From the NCBI GenBank assembly GCA_020184695.1, contig JAANOX010000238.1, forward strand, positions 124,001 through 188,000: 64,000 bases of DNA. Reading direction: 5' to 3'. A program made the translations under genes and the position numbers. The notes beneath the pieces are model-generated. The model was not told the origin of the DNA, did not search any database, and was given only the letters and a program-made list of their open reading frames with translations. Positions 55,210 through 63,837 of the stretch are shown here, in pieces (the stretch's first letter is position 1; the number at the start of each line of letters is the position of its first letter). The DNA is from Histomonas meleagridis 2922-C6/04-290x (taxonomy: Eukaryota; Protista; Parabasalia).

Positions 55210-56466
55210 ATGATTCATCCTAAGTTTGTGTTTACTCAATCTTTTACAACGAAGCGAAAATGGTATCGCTATCATGAAGACAAGGTGCTAGTTGAAGAAA
55301 TATTTAAAGCGTTTGATATTGGAATGAAACTTGTAGATATCCAAAAAGAAACAAATGTACCTGCAAGTCTTTTTGGGAAATGGAGAAAAAAATATAAGGC
55401 AGATCACAACTATAGGCCAGGCCAACAATATGGAATCTGGCGAAGAAAATTTACAAAAGATCAAGAAATTGCCGTAGCTGATTTTTTGAGGATCCAATAT
55501 ATTCTCCCTGGAATTGTGGTCAAAAGAAAACATTTATGTAATTTGTTGTTTGAACTATGGAAATCTTTTGATCTCCAAAACAGATGACATTTTGATGGTT
55601 CTTTTTCCTATCATTTTGTCACTGACTTTTGTGAGAGAAATGACCTTTCTTTCCGTAAAATGCGGAAAAAGAAGAGGTCTGATTTGAACGAAGATGAAGT
55701 TGCTCACTTTGCAAAACAGTACATGAAAGCTCTATTAAACACACCTCCTGAATATATATTGAACATGGATGAAACTCCATGGAATTATGTATTCAGGAGG
55801 GGCTTTGTTCTGGCTGAACGAGGGAAAGAAGAGGTAGATGCCAAGCTACCAGATGATTACAGAAAGACTTTTACTGTTATTGCAACTATTTCAAGATCAG
55901 GAAATAAATATCCACCATTATTTCTCGCCAAAGGCACAACAAATCAATGCCACAAACAATTTTCACAAATGGTGTCAAGCGCCTCAAAGTATGAGCTATG
56001 GCATGCAAAGGCGGGTTACACTGATGAGCAGTGCATGCTTCACTATTTGGACTTGGTTCAAAAATGGGTTGAATGTCAAAGATGCGTTTTACTTTTGGAT
56101 CGCTACAAAACCCATCGAACACATAATGTAAAAGAATATGCCAAAAGCAAAAATATCAAATTGATCTTTGTCCCCACCTCAGGAACAGAAAAATATCAAC
56201 CATTAGACAAGAAAGTAAATGGAATTCTCAAATCAATAGGACAATCATTATTTGATGATTTTTTATGGGACAGAGGCTACACGAAATCATAGGCAGCTGA
56301 TTTGTTTCTTACTTGTTGGAAAAAGCTGACCAATAAAGCAGTAATTCAATCATGGAACTTTGCCGATATCATATCTGATGATGATGACGATATTGAAAAT
56401 GAAATCGAAAGTTCTGATGAAGACCAATTATATGAAGTATCTGATGAACAGGGATCAAGCAATTAG
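55210..56466 (+). pseudogene. pogo-type DDE_1 transposase with two premature stops
   Basis: Single frame: HTH-like N-terminus, LNMDET, LLLD, YQPLD (35 residues between D2 and D3); in-frame TGA at 55585 and TAG at 56290. Confidence 0.88.
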
Positions 56467-56850
56467 GTTATCCGTGTTTTTATTGAAAAAATTAATGGAT
56501 TGAAAAGCCAAAATTTCATCATTTGCCATGTTAACGTGCTCTATAACGATCAAAATTAACGCAAAATCAAATGAAGAACATCCAGGTGCACCGAAGAATA
56601 ATCTTATTTAAATATAGCAAATTCCAAAAAAATGATGAACATCGGCCCAAAAATATCGGATTTTGTTCTTGAAAAAGCTTCAAAAATTATGAAGTAAAAA
56701 ATACTAATCGAAACTTTTTATAAAAATTCGTAATAACAATATTCGAAATAAATCTAATGATATCCAAAGGGTTGCAATCTTCAAGATGTATTGATGGGAA
56801 CAATTCTAAACCAACTTATGAAGCTATGATTTTCCTAGCAAAAAACGTGT

Positions 56851-58260
56851 TGTTGCAAGAGAAAATCCGTACGACTTCACCTTTCCCCACTTTTTGATAG
56901 ACCACATAGAAATGTTATATGAGTTCATACAAAAAGCTGTATTGAATGGTTTATAATTCCCGCTTTTTCATAATCACAATTAATATATTATATGAGATTT
57001 ATCAATATCACTTTTTCATAAGATATTTATTCAATGTTCAGGAAACTTATTGATCCATGCGATGGAATTGATTTAGATGCATTCCGCAGGTCAATTGAAG
57101 AGAATGGAGTTGAGGCAACCATGAAGATATTCTTTGTTGGGAGAGAGAGACTCAGAGCCATATGCCAACAAGCCAATATCCCAATTCCAGGAAGAGGAAG
57201 ACCTTGCGAACAATGCAAGTCAAGAAACGGTCAGCTACATCCAAGGATACAAGAGCGACTACCATGGTGCCGGATATCAGCGAGTTGCTGGAGTTGCCAA
57301 ACGGAAGGGATTTTCAGCCACTGAATGGAATGTTCGAAAGTTTTTCGGAGAGCAGAACCTATTTAACTACCACAAGCCACCGAAGAAACCTAATGAGCAC
57401 AATAGCCTCTTTGTTGCTCGTTATGCTGGGCAACTATGGCATGCTGATATCCACTATGTTAGAATTGATGATAATCAATTCTATCTCCTTGGCTTCATCG
57501 ATGATCGTACACGCTTTCTACTGCACTATGAAGTTCTCGCAAGCAAGGATTCGAAACTCTGTAGCGAGGCACTCGAGAGAGCTTTGAACAAGGTGCAGTT
57601 TCGACCAAAGATGCTCACCATTGACAATGGTGGAGAGTTTGTTGGAAATCCTTTCCAAATTGTTCTAAGTGCAAATGGGATAGAAGAATTCCGTACTCAC
57701 CCTTATACTCCCCAGCAGAATGGGAAGATAGAAAGATTTTGGTCTACGATCGAGAGAGCTAGAGGTCCATTATTTAAGTGGAGTCTCGAGAAGATCCAAG
57801 AAACGATCAATGAGTACAATACCTATTGGAATCATCGAAGCCTGAAGAAGCTAACTGGTCAAAACATGACTCCCCTTGAAGCATGGAACACCATGGTGAA
57901 GTACACAGGTCAAGATGATGCCATAATTGAGTCGGTTTAATAAATCGCATCTCAATCCACCCTATTTTTTATGAGAACGTTTATTTTGGCCTGGTACTGA
58001 TATGACTTGGAATTGTATAATTTCCAGGTTCCCGATAGGCTGGTCAAATTTGGATTCCGATGTGCATCTATATGTAATAATATTCTCTTGCATATAGACG
58101 ACGGACCGATACAACTTTTTGAGAGTACTCTCAAAAAGTTGTATCGGTGTTTTATTATAAACCATTCAATACAGCTTTTTGTATGAACTCATATAACATT
58201 TCTATGTGGTCTATCAAAAAGTGGGGAAAGGTGAAGTCGTACGGATTTTCTCTTACCACA
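56851..58260 (+). mobile_element. IS481EU-type DNA transposon (1410 bp)
   Basis: TGT...ACA ends; 107-bp TIRs (56851-56957 / 58154-58260, 2 mismatches); 16-bp TSD CTAGCAAAAAACGTGT at 56835-56850 and 58261-58276. Confidence 0.9.
57034..57940 (+). CDS. rve/integrase-like DDE transposase, split by a +1 frameshift near 57200
   Basis: LWHADIHYV, IDDRTRF, LTIDNGGEF and PYTPQQNGKIERFWSTIE; the N-terminal ORF 57034-57324 overlaps the +1 frame. Confidence 0.88.
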
Positions 58261-58430
58261 CTAGCAAAAAACGTGTTAGCATTTAAAAAGTCATAACCGC
58301 CACAAAAAAAGGAAAACTATGGGAAATCTGGGTAAACCTGACCCCCATTTCTAGTACACTTTATACTGATCACCTGTCTACGCCCTTTTATAAAAAAGTG
58401 CTCCGCGGAGTCGGGCTTCGGCAGGTTTGT

Positions 58431-58620
58431 GATAAATGCACTCATTCGCCATTAGGGCTCTCTTTGGGGGAGGGGGTACCTTGGTTTAAAGAAAAAGAAA
58501 AAAGTTCTCAATTGCCCGTAGAGTGAACAAACTTTGTTATTATCACTTATGTGCTGAGTCGAAAAGAGAAAAAAATTAACCAGAAAAACCGATAGAAAAA
58601 AGAAAATATCTTAAAATCAA
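58431..58620 (+). repeat. Direct repeat A, copy 1 (46 bp identical, then ~140 bp diverged)
   Basis: GATAAATGCACTCATTCGCCATTAGGGCTCTCTTTGGGGGAGGGGG also at 60056-60101; GAACAAACTTTGTTATTATCACT shared downstream. Confidence 0.85.
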
Positions 58621-58642
58621 TTGAATGGTTTAATTTTTACAA

Positions 58643-59113
58643 TTAAAAATTAAATAAATAATTAGAATTAGGAACAATTAAAACACTTGGGGCAGCTACT
58701 TCAAAATTAGTTTCACGAATATAAAATACAAGAGAATTATTAAATGTATAAAAACCAACTATACGATCATTAACTGATGGAAAAGTAGTACCAAAATCAT
58801 ATAAATAATAATAAAAAGTACCTACACTAGATAATAGAGATTTACAAATAAAGAATTTATGGATTTGATAATTAACAGTTATCTCTGTAAAATCAGAATT
58901 GGGTTGATTGCGTTCAATAACAATAAAAACATAATAATGAGTACCATCTATTGATGGTAATGGATGACTTGCATCACGTAATGAAAATTGTTTCAAAGAA
59001 AATAAACCAGAAACATCTGAAATAGAAATATAAGATATTGGTATATTAACGCTAATAGTAGAACCTACATCTAATGCTCCCTTCTTATTTATTAAAAACT
59101 TTGATATATACAA
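58643..59113 (-). CDS. Beta-rich hypothetical protein divergent from Rep (possible viral structural protein)
   Basis: 156-aa ORF rich in aromatic and beta-branched residues; ambisense to Rep. Confidence 0.5.
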   Translation of the reverse strand: MYISKFLINKKGALDVGSTISVNIPISYISISDVSGLFSLKQFSLRDASHPLPSIDGTHYYVFIVIERNQPNSDFTEITVNYQIHKFFICKSLLSSVGTFYYYLYDFGTTFPSVNDRIVGFYTFNNSLVFYIRETNFEVAAPSVLIVPNSNYLFNF

Positions 59114-59243
59114 ATATCAATTGAATACTTTATTTAGAAAAGTGGTGGCATAAATAAAATCTATAAAGAATGCCAAAATTAATCGAAAAAATGCCAAATA
59201 GTATGAAATAAATGCCGCAATTTGTTGATTTCATTTGTTCAAA

Positions 59244-60080
59244 ATGGGAGCTAAACGCGGTATCAAGAGGAACAATGTAAGGAATAATGTAGATGGTGAA
59301 AGAGATATTCAACAATTAAATCCCAGAGGTTGTCGATGGGTCGGCACACTCAATAACCCTCTCAACAATTGGCAAGACTTATTCCAAAGTATTGCAAAAG
59401 ACTTAAATATTAAGTATTTAGTGGCGGAGAAGGAGTTCGCCCCAACAACGGGCACTCCACACATTCAGTTTTATTTCAGATTATCCAATAGATTATACAA
59501 AAATACAATCACTAGTAAGTTTACCGGATGTTTTATAGACATCGCAAATGGTTCTGAAGTTGCAAATTATAAGTATTGTACGAAAACCAAAGTTGAATTA
59601 TTAGAAATTGGTAATCCTATTGCTGCTATTGAAGCTGAGAGAAACAAATTGGAGAAAACTAAAGAGATGCTTTCAGATGTTTTGGAATTATCCTGGAATG
59701 AGTTTGAGGCAAAGTGGCCTTACCAGGCATTCCACCATTATAACAAACTAATGGAGTATAAGTTGCGTCATGATAAAACAATTAAGATTTGGGACGGAAA
59801 TTTGAAATCGAAGAATAAGTGGGTCTATGGTCCGCCAGGAACCGGTAAGAGCCGGTGGGCGAGACAACAGGCGACGAACATTAGTAAAGTATATAAAAAG
59901 AACCTCAACAAATGGTGGGATGGGTTCCACCATGAAGAGGCTGAAGTGGTCGTATTAGATGAGATGAACCTGTCGAAGAGTGTACTGGTGGATCAACTCA
60001 AAAATTGGGGAGACCGTTATCCTCTCGAAGGAGAGGTTAAGGGGTCTGCGATGACGATAAATGCACTCATTCGCCATTAG
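59244..60080 (+). CDS. rep: CRESS-DNA-virus replication initiator protein (HUH endonuclease + SF3 helicase), 3'-truncated endogenous viral element
   Basis: Motif I WVGTLNN, motif II PHIQ, motif III YCTK, Walker A GPPGTGKS, KWWDG, Walker B VVLDE; motif C and Arg finger missing; TCATTT 13 nt upstream of the ATG. Confidence 0.93.
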   Translation: MGAKRGIKRNNVRNNVDGERDIQQLNPRGCRWVGTLNNPLNNWQDLFQSIAKDLNIKYLVAEKEFAPTTGTPHIQFYFRLSNRLYKNTITSKFTGCFIDIANGSEVANYKYCTKTKVELLEIGNPIAAIEAERNKLEKTKEMLSDVLELSWNEFEAKWPYQAFHHYNKLMEYKLRHDKTIKIWDGNLKSKNKWVYGPPGTGKSRWARQQATNISKVYKKNLNKWWDGFHHEEAEVVVLDEMNLSKSVLVDQLKNWGDRYPLEGEVKGSAMTINALIRH

Positions 60081-60240
60081 GGCTCTCTTTGGGGGAGGGG
60101 GGATTAAATTTTATAAAATAAAGAAAATTAAAAAAAAAAATTTAATAGCCCATTGAACGAACAAACTTTGTTATTATCACTCATGTGCATAGTCAAAAAG
60201 AAAAAAAGTTATATCAAAAAAAACCGATAGAAAAGAAATG
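60056..60240 (+). repeat. Direct repeat A, copy 2 (replaces the Rep 3' end)
   Basis: See 58431; period 1625 bp. Confidence 0.85.
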
Positions 60241-61339
60241 TTTTTACAACTGACTAAACATCAAATTAAAAAAATTAATTGAAAAAATGTCGAAAACACA
60301 TCAAAAAAGCAAATTTAATCACGTACGATAAAAATTGAATAAAATTACAAATGTCACAATAAATTTGAGAATTTTAAATATGTCAGTTATCGTTAAAAAT
60401 AAAAAAGGTATGTCAAATAACTAGGTGGAGGTAACTGTCAAACCATCGATTGTAAGAGCCTAGATTGTTTACTACTGTCATTGAATACTTTACTAAAGAG
60501 ATATAAGTCATATAAAAAATCAAACAGTCTCAGTCAAATTACTATTGTCAATCAAGAGAATGAAAAAGTGACAGAAAGGTCATAACATATGAAAAACATC
60601 ATATTTACTGATATCAATTGAAATGGTGTACAAGAAAAGTGACAATATGATCATCATTGAAAAATGGATAAGATAATATGATGCCAAATGGAGTATAACA
60701 TCGAATGGAACATATCATAACTTTGCCACAAAAGTATAATTATAGAATTTAAATATTTCAAAAATAGTGATAAATAGTAATCATTTATTTAATGCAATAA
60801 CAAGAATAACAAATCATTAGATTAGATACAATAACAAAGAACAAAGGTATGTATTATGGTTCCTTATCCAATGGAAATGTGACAATACCTATCAATGAGT
60901 AAGATTTAATGACTTAAATGCTTTTCACTATCTAGATCAATATATGATGCAATTACCACCTGAAGAAGTACAAAATATAATAAAAATAATTTAGTAAAAA
61001 ACAAATCAAAATATCTTCTTTATAAAACAATTGAGAAAAAATAAAAAATAACTGAGATACAAATAAGAATAAAAACTAAATTGCAATTGCTAAATGTAAA
61101 GTATAGAAAAAAATATATAATGAAAAAATGACAGAAAGGACATGTCATATGAAAAACAGCAGATTAACATAACATTGAGAAAAATAAAGTATAAAATGAC
61201 ACATATAAATACACACAATTACGAAAAAACATAATGTAGTCTACCTAAAAATGAATTTCCAGGTACCTGACTCATATTGATAAAAATAATTGTTAAATTG
61301 CTTTTAAGGTACCCCAAAATAGAAAATTTTTTGAATAAG

Positions 61340-61552
61340 GACCGTTATGTACCATTTTCGAAATTACGGTTATCACGATCAAAATGAATTGAATTTAGAA
61401 ATAAAGTATTCAATTCTGGAGACCGTTATGTACCAAAATAGATATTTTTTTGCTATAGTAATATAATCTTGACTGGAGGTACCGCTAACGTCCTCCGCAA
61501 GATGGTGCCTAGCAAAAGAATTTTTATTTTTTAACGTCCTAAAATAACGGTC
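61340..61552 (+). repeat. 213-bp repeat, copy 2
   Basis: 211/213 identical to 54890-55102. Confidence 0.9.
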
Positions 61553-61601
61553 ATCTGACGGGTAAAATTTAAACCTAGCCCCTACGGTAGGTATATAATG
61601 C

Positions 61602-61678
61602 GGTCGGGACTGATCACGAAGACCCTAGGGGCCCTGCCGGAGGCAAAGCCCCTAGGGTCTTCGTGATCAGTCCCGACC
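61602..61678. other. Perfect 31-bp GC-rich inverted repeat (hairpin/cruciform)
   Basis: GGTCGGGACTGATCACGAAGACCCTAGGGGC / GCCCCTAGGGTCTTCGTGATCAGTCCCGACC; 15-nt loop with a TGCC-GGA-GGCA mini-stem. Confidence 0.95.
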
Positions 61679-61689
61679 TTAAGTTTTCA

Positions 61690-61769
61690 CTGGGGGATTG
61701 GAGGGGTCTTCGGCCTCCGGATATGCCCTTCGGACCCCTCCGGAGGCCTCAGACCCCTCCAATCCCCAG
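61690..61769. other. Second GC-rich nested hairpin
   Basis: Outer arms CTGGGG(G)ATTGGAGGGGTCT / AGACCCCTCCAATCCCCAG; inner arms GGCCTCCGG / CCGGAGGCC. Confidence 0.9.
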
Positions 61770-62105
61770 AGTGTGCTCGCTCCGCTCGCTACAAAAATCA
61801 AAATGATTTATGTGAGCCATACAATTCGTCTGAAAATTTGAATACACATTCAATTTTGATCGAACGCGAAACTTTTTGATAGGAACGATAGCACTTTTAG
61901 CACCACTTTTCGCATAAACCTATCAAAAACATCACATTACCAACACGAATTGTCCCCGATTATCTTTGGTCGGACATTTATCCTATTTAATTTATCTTTG
62001 CCAGGAGGTTAATAGACAAAAAACGACGAATATTTGTTGAATGCATGGCAAACTTTATTTTAAATAGTAAATAACTGTTATAAATTATCACTTCATTTTT
62101 TCTTC

Positions 62106-62580
62106 ATGTATGCGAATATTTTTTCCATTGCTCAAATTGCAGACAATATCAAAAATAAGGATCTTGATGCTATTGATGTTGCAATATTCTTTGATCCTAA
62201 ATATAATAAAATGGGAAATTACAACAATTTTATTATCAATCCAATTGGGATGATAATAAAACATAGTAATTCTTCCGATTTTTTTATTTTATTCAAAGAG
62301 AAATAATAGAATTCTTTGACAATCCAATACTAATATCAATTCCAATTACTGAAAATAAGAAACCACCTATAAATCAAAATGTTCATTATTTAGAAATAGA
62401 CTTATTTCCATTGAAATGTAAATTTGGACGATGGTATGCATCATATATCTATGAGTCATATAATGATGAAATTAATCGTACATTATTAGATAATGTAATC
62501 GTTAATAGTCAAAATAAAGACAAAACTCATCAATCTGCTTTTGATTTAAAGCAGGATCATTTTCAAGAGTGTCTAAAATG
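62106..62580 (+). pseudogene. Interrupted hypothetical ORF in the virus-like island
   Basis: Inr-like TCATTTTT before ATG 62106; 66-aa ORF, with coding-like sequence (PITENKKPP...QECLK) continuing in another frame. Confidence 0.35.
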
Positions 62581-62617
62581 AAAATGATTTTAATTTATTT
62601 TATTTATTTTGATTCCA

Positions 62618-62833
62618 TTAAAAACTAGAAGGTGATGTATATATTCTACTATTTTGTCTTTCAATTGGATAATTTGATAATTTTTCAAAATAAATTGAAT
62701 TACTAATAGTTAGTTTTGGTAACTTTATATACTGGATAGATGGATCTATTAACTCAGTTTCTTTATCTATCGTTGATGAATTTGATGTCTCATCGTCATA
62801 ATAAGTCTTGATCACCTTCGTGCTACCAGACAT
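62618..62833 (-). CDS. Small hypothetical protein (MSGSTKVIKTYYDDE...)
   Basis: ATG 62833 preceded by TTTTCATTTTTATTA, identical to the leader of the ORF at 63838. Confidence 0.5.
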   Translation of the reverse strand: MSGSTKVIKTYYDDETSNSSTIDKETELIDPSIQYIKLPKLTISNSIYFEKLSNYPIERQNSRIYTSPSSF

Positions 62834-62967
62834 TAATAAAAATGAAAATTTTATTAAATTATAATGAATTTTTGAAACTGAACTATGACAAATGGGACAC
62901 AGGTGTTCTTTAAGGACGCCTGGGATTTGGAATAGTTTCAAAAACAATATATATAAATAATATTTTA

Positions 62968-63237
62968 TTATTTCTTTTGTCCAACTAGCGCATTTGCTAC
63001 ACCATCTATCACAGGTGAGTATTTATCCGCTATTTTAATTCCTTTTGCAATAGCACCTGCATGACCAGGTAAATCTTCAATTCCAGGTATTTTACCTACT
63101 GTATTTACAACAGGTTTAGCTACTTTATTCCATACATTACCAATCAATCTTCCGACTGGTTTAATAATTTTATTTTTAATCCAAGCACCAGCTTTTTTAA
63201 ATCCGTTTTTAATTTTGTTCCAAAAACCCCAAGCCAT
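62968..63237 (-). CDS. Small basic amphipathic-helix protein (MAWGFWNKIKNGFKK), paralogue 1
   Basis: 89 aa; Trp/Lys amphipathic N-terminus shared with two neighbours. Confidence 0.75.
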   Translation of the reverse strand: MAWGFWNKIKNGFKKAGAWIKNKIIKPVGRLIGNVWNKVAKPVVNTVGKIPGIEDLPGHAGAIAKGIKIADKYSPVIDGVANALVGQKK

Positions 63238-63275
63238 GAATAATAATAAAAATAAAATATTAATTCTTTTTTTTT

Positions 63276-63548
63276 TTATTGATAAAATATAGGATGGATC
63301 TTGTCATTTGCTTCATTTCCTATATTTTTAAATAATGGAATTATTTTATCACCGGTTTCGAATATTTTATCCACAGGTAACTTTTTAAGAGGTTTTATTT
63401 TTTTAATGTCTTCTTTATGTTGTTTAGCAAATTCATAACCTTTCACAATATGTGGACTAATTTTTGCGAACCCTTCTTTCATTTTTTTAAGTAAAGGTCC
63501 TATTTCCTTTATTCCGTTTTTAAATTTGTTCCACAAACCCCACGCCAT
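63276..63548 (-). CDS. Small basic amphipathic-helix protein (MAWGLWNKFKNGIKE), paralogue 2
   Basis: 90 aa from ATG 63548. Confidence 0.75.
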   Translation of the reverse strand: MAWGLWNKFKNGIKEIGPLLKKMKEGFAKISPHIVKGYEFAKQHKEDIKKIKPLKKLPVDKIFETGDKIIPLFKNIGNEANDKIHPIFYQ

Positions 63549-63568
63549 AAATAATAATAAAAATAAAT

Positions 63569-63800
63569 TCATTGTTTTATTAAATCCTGTAATATTAACT
63601 TATTCCTAACTTTTTCTTTTACATCTTTAAATATTATTTTATCATTAGGTTTATATGGTAGAATTCTATTTTTATTACCACCTAAATTCCTTTCATGTTC
63701 TAACCATTTTTTCACATTTTTGTTGAATTTTTCTTGTTGTTCTTTACTTAACTGAAATTTGCTCAAACTTTTTTTAATTTTATTCCAAAAACCCCAACAT
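63569..63800 (-). pseudogene. Paralogue 3 with frameshifted start (ATG-T-TGG GGT TTT TGG AAT AAA = M/WGFWNKIKKSL...)
   Basis: ATG at 63800 is one base out of frame with WGFWNKIK, which then reads open to 63569. Confidence 0.65.
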
Positions 63801-63811
63801 ATTTAAAAATT

Positions 63812-63837
63812 ATGAAAAATATTTTTCATTTTTATTA
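63812..63837. promoter_or_regulatory. Palindromic bidirectional Inr-like promoter
   Basis: ATGAAAAATATTTTTCAT is a perfect 18-bp palindrome giving TCATTTTT or TCATAATT on both strands, between divergent ATGs at 63800 and 63838. Confidence 0.55.

Larger units (their letters stand above)
55123..58332 (+). mobile_element. pogo-like (IS630/Tc1/mariner superfamily, DD35D) DNA transposon with nested IS481EU
   Basis: 22-bp TIRs CTCAGATTTCCCATAGTTATCC / CCCAGATTTCCCATAGTTTTCC (reverse complement of right end); TA at 55121-22 and 58333-34. Confidence 0.88.

Noticed and set aside
60009-60020. GGAGACCGTTAT in the Rep CDS matches the 213-bp repeat motif
   Set aside because: It encodes the conserved GDRY Rep residues; a 12-nt match is plausibly coincidental
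60240-61330. Short repeated motifs (ATGACAGAAAGG..CATATGAAAAACA) in the AT-rich spacer
   Set aside because: Only two weak copies, with no ORF, TIR or TSD to define an element
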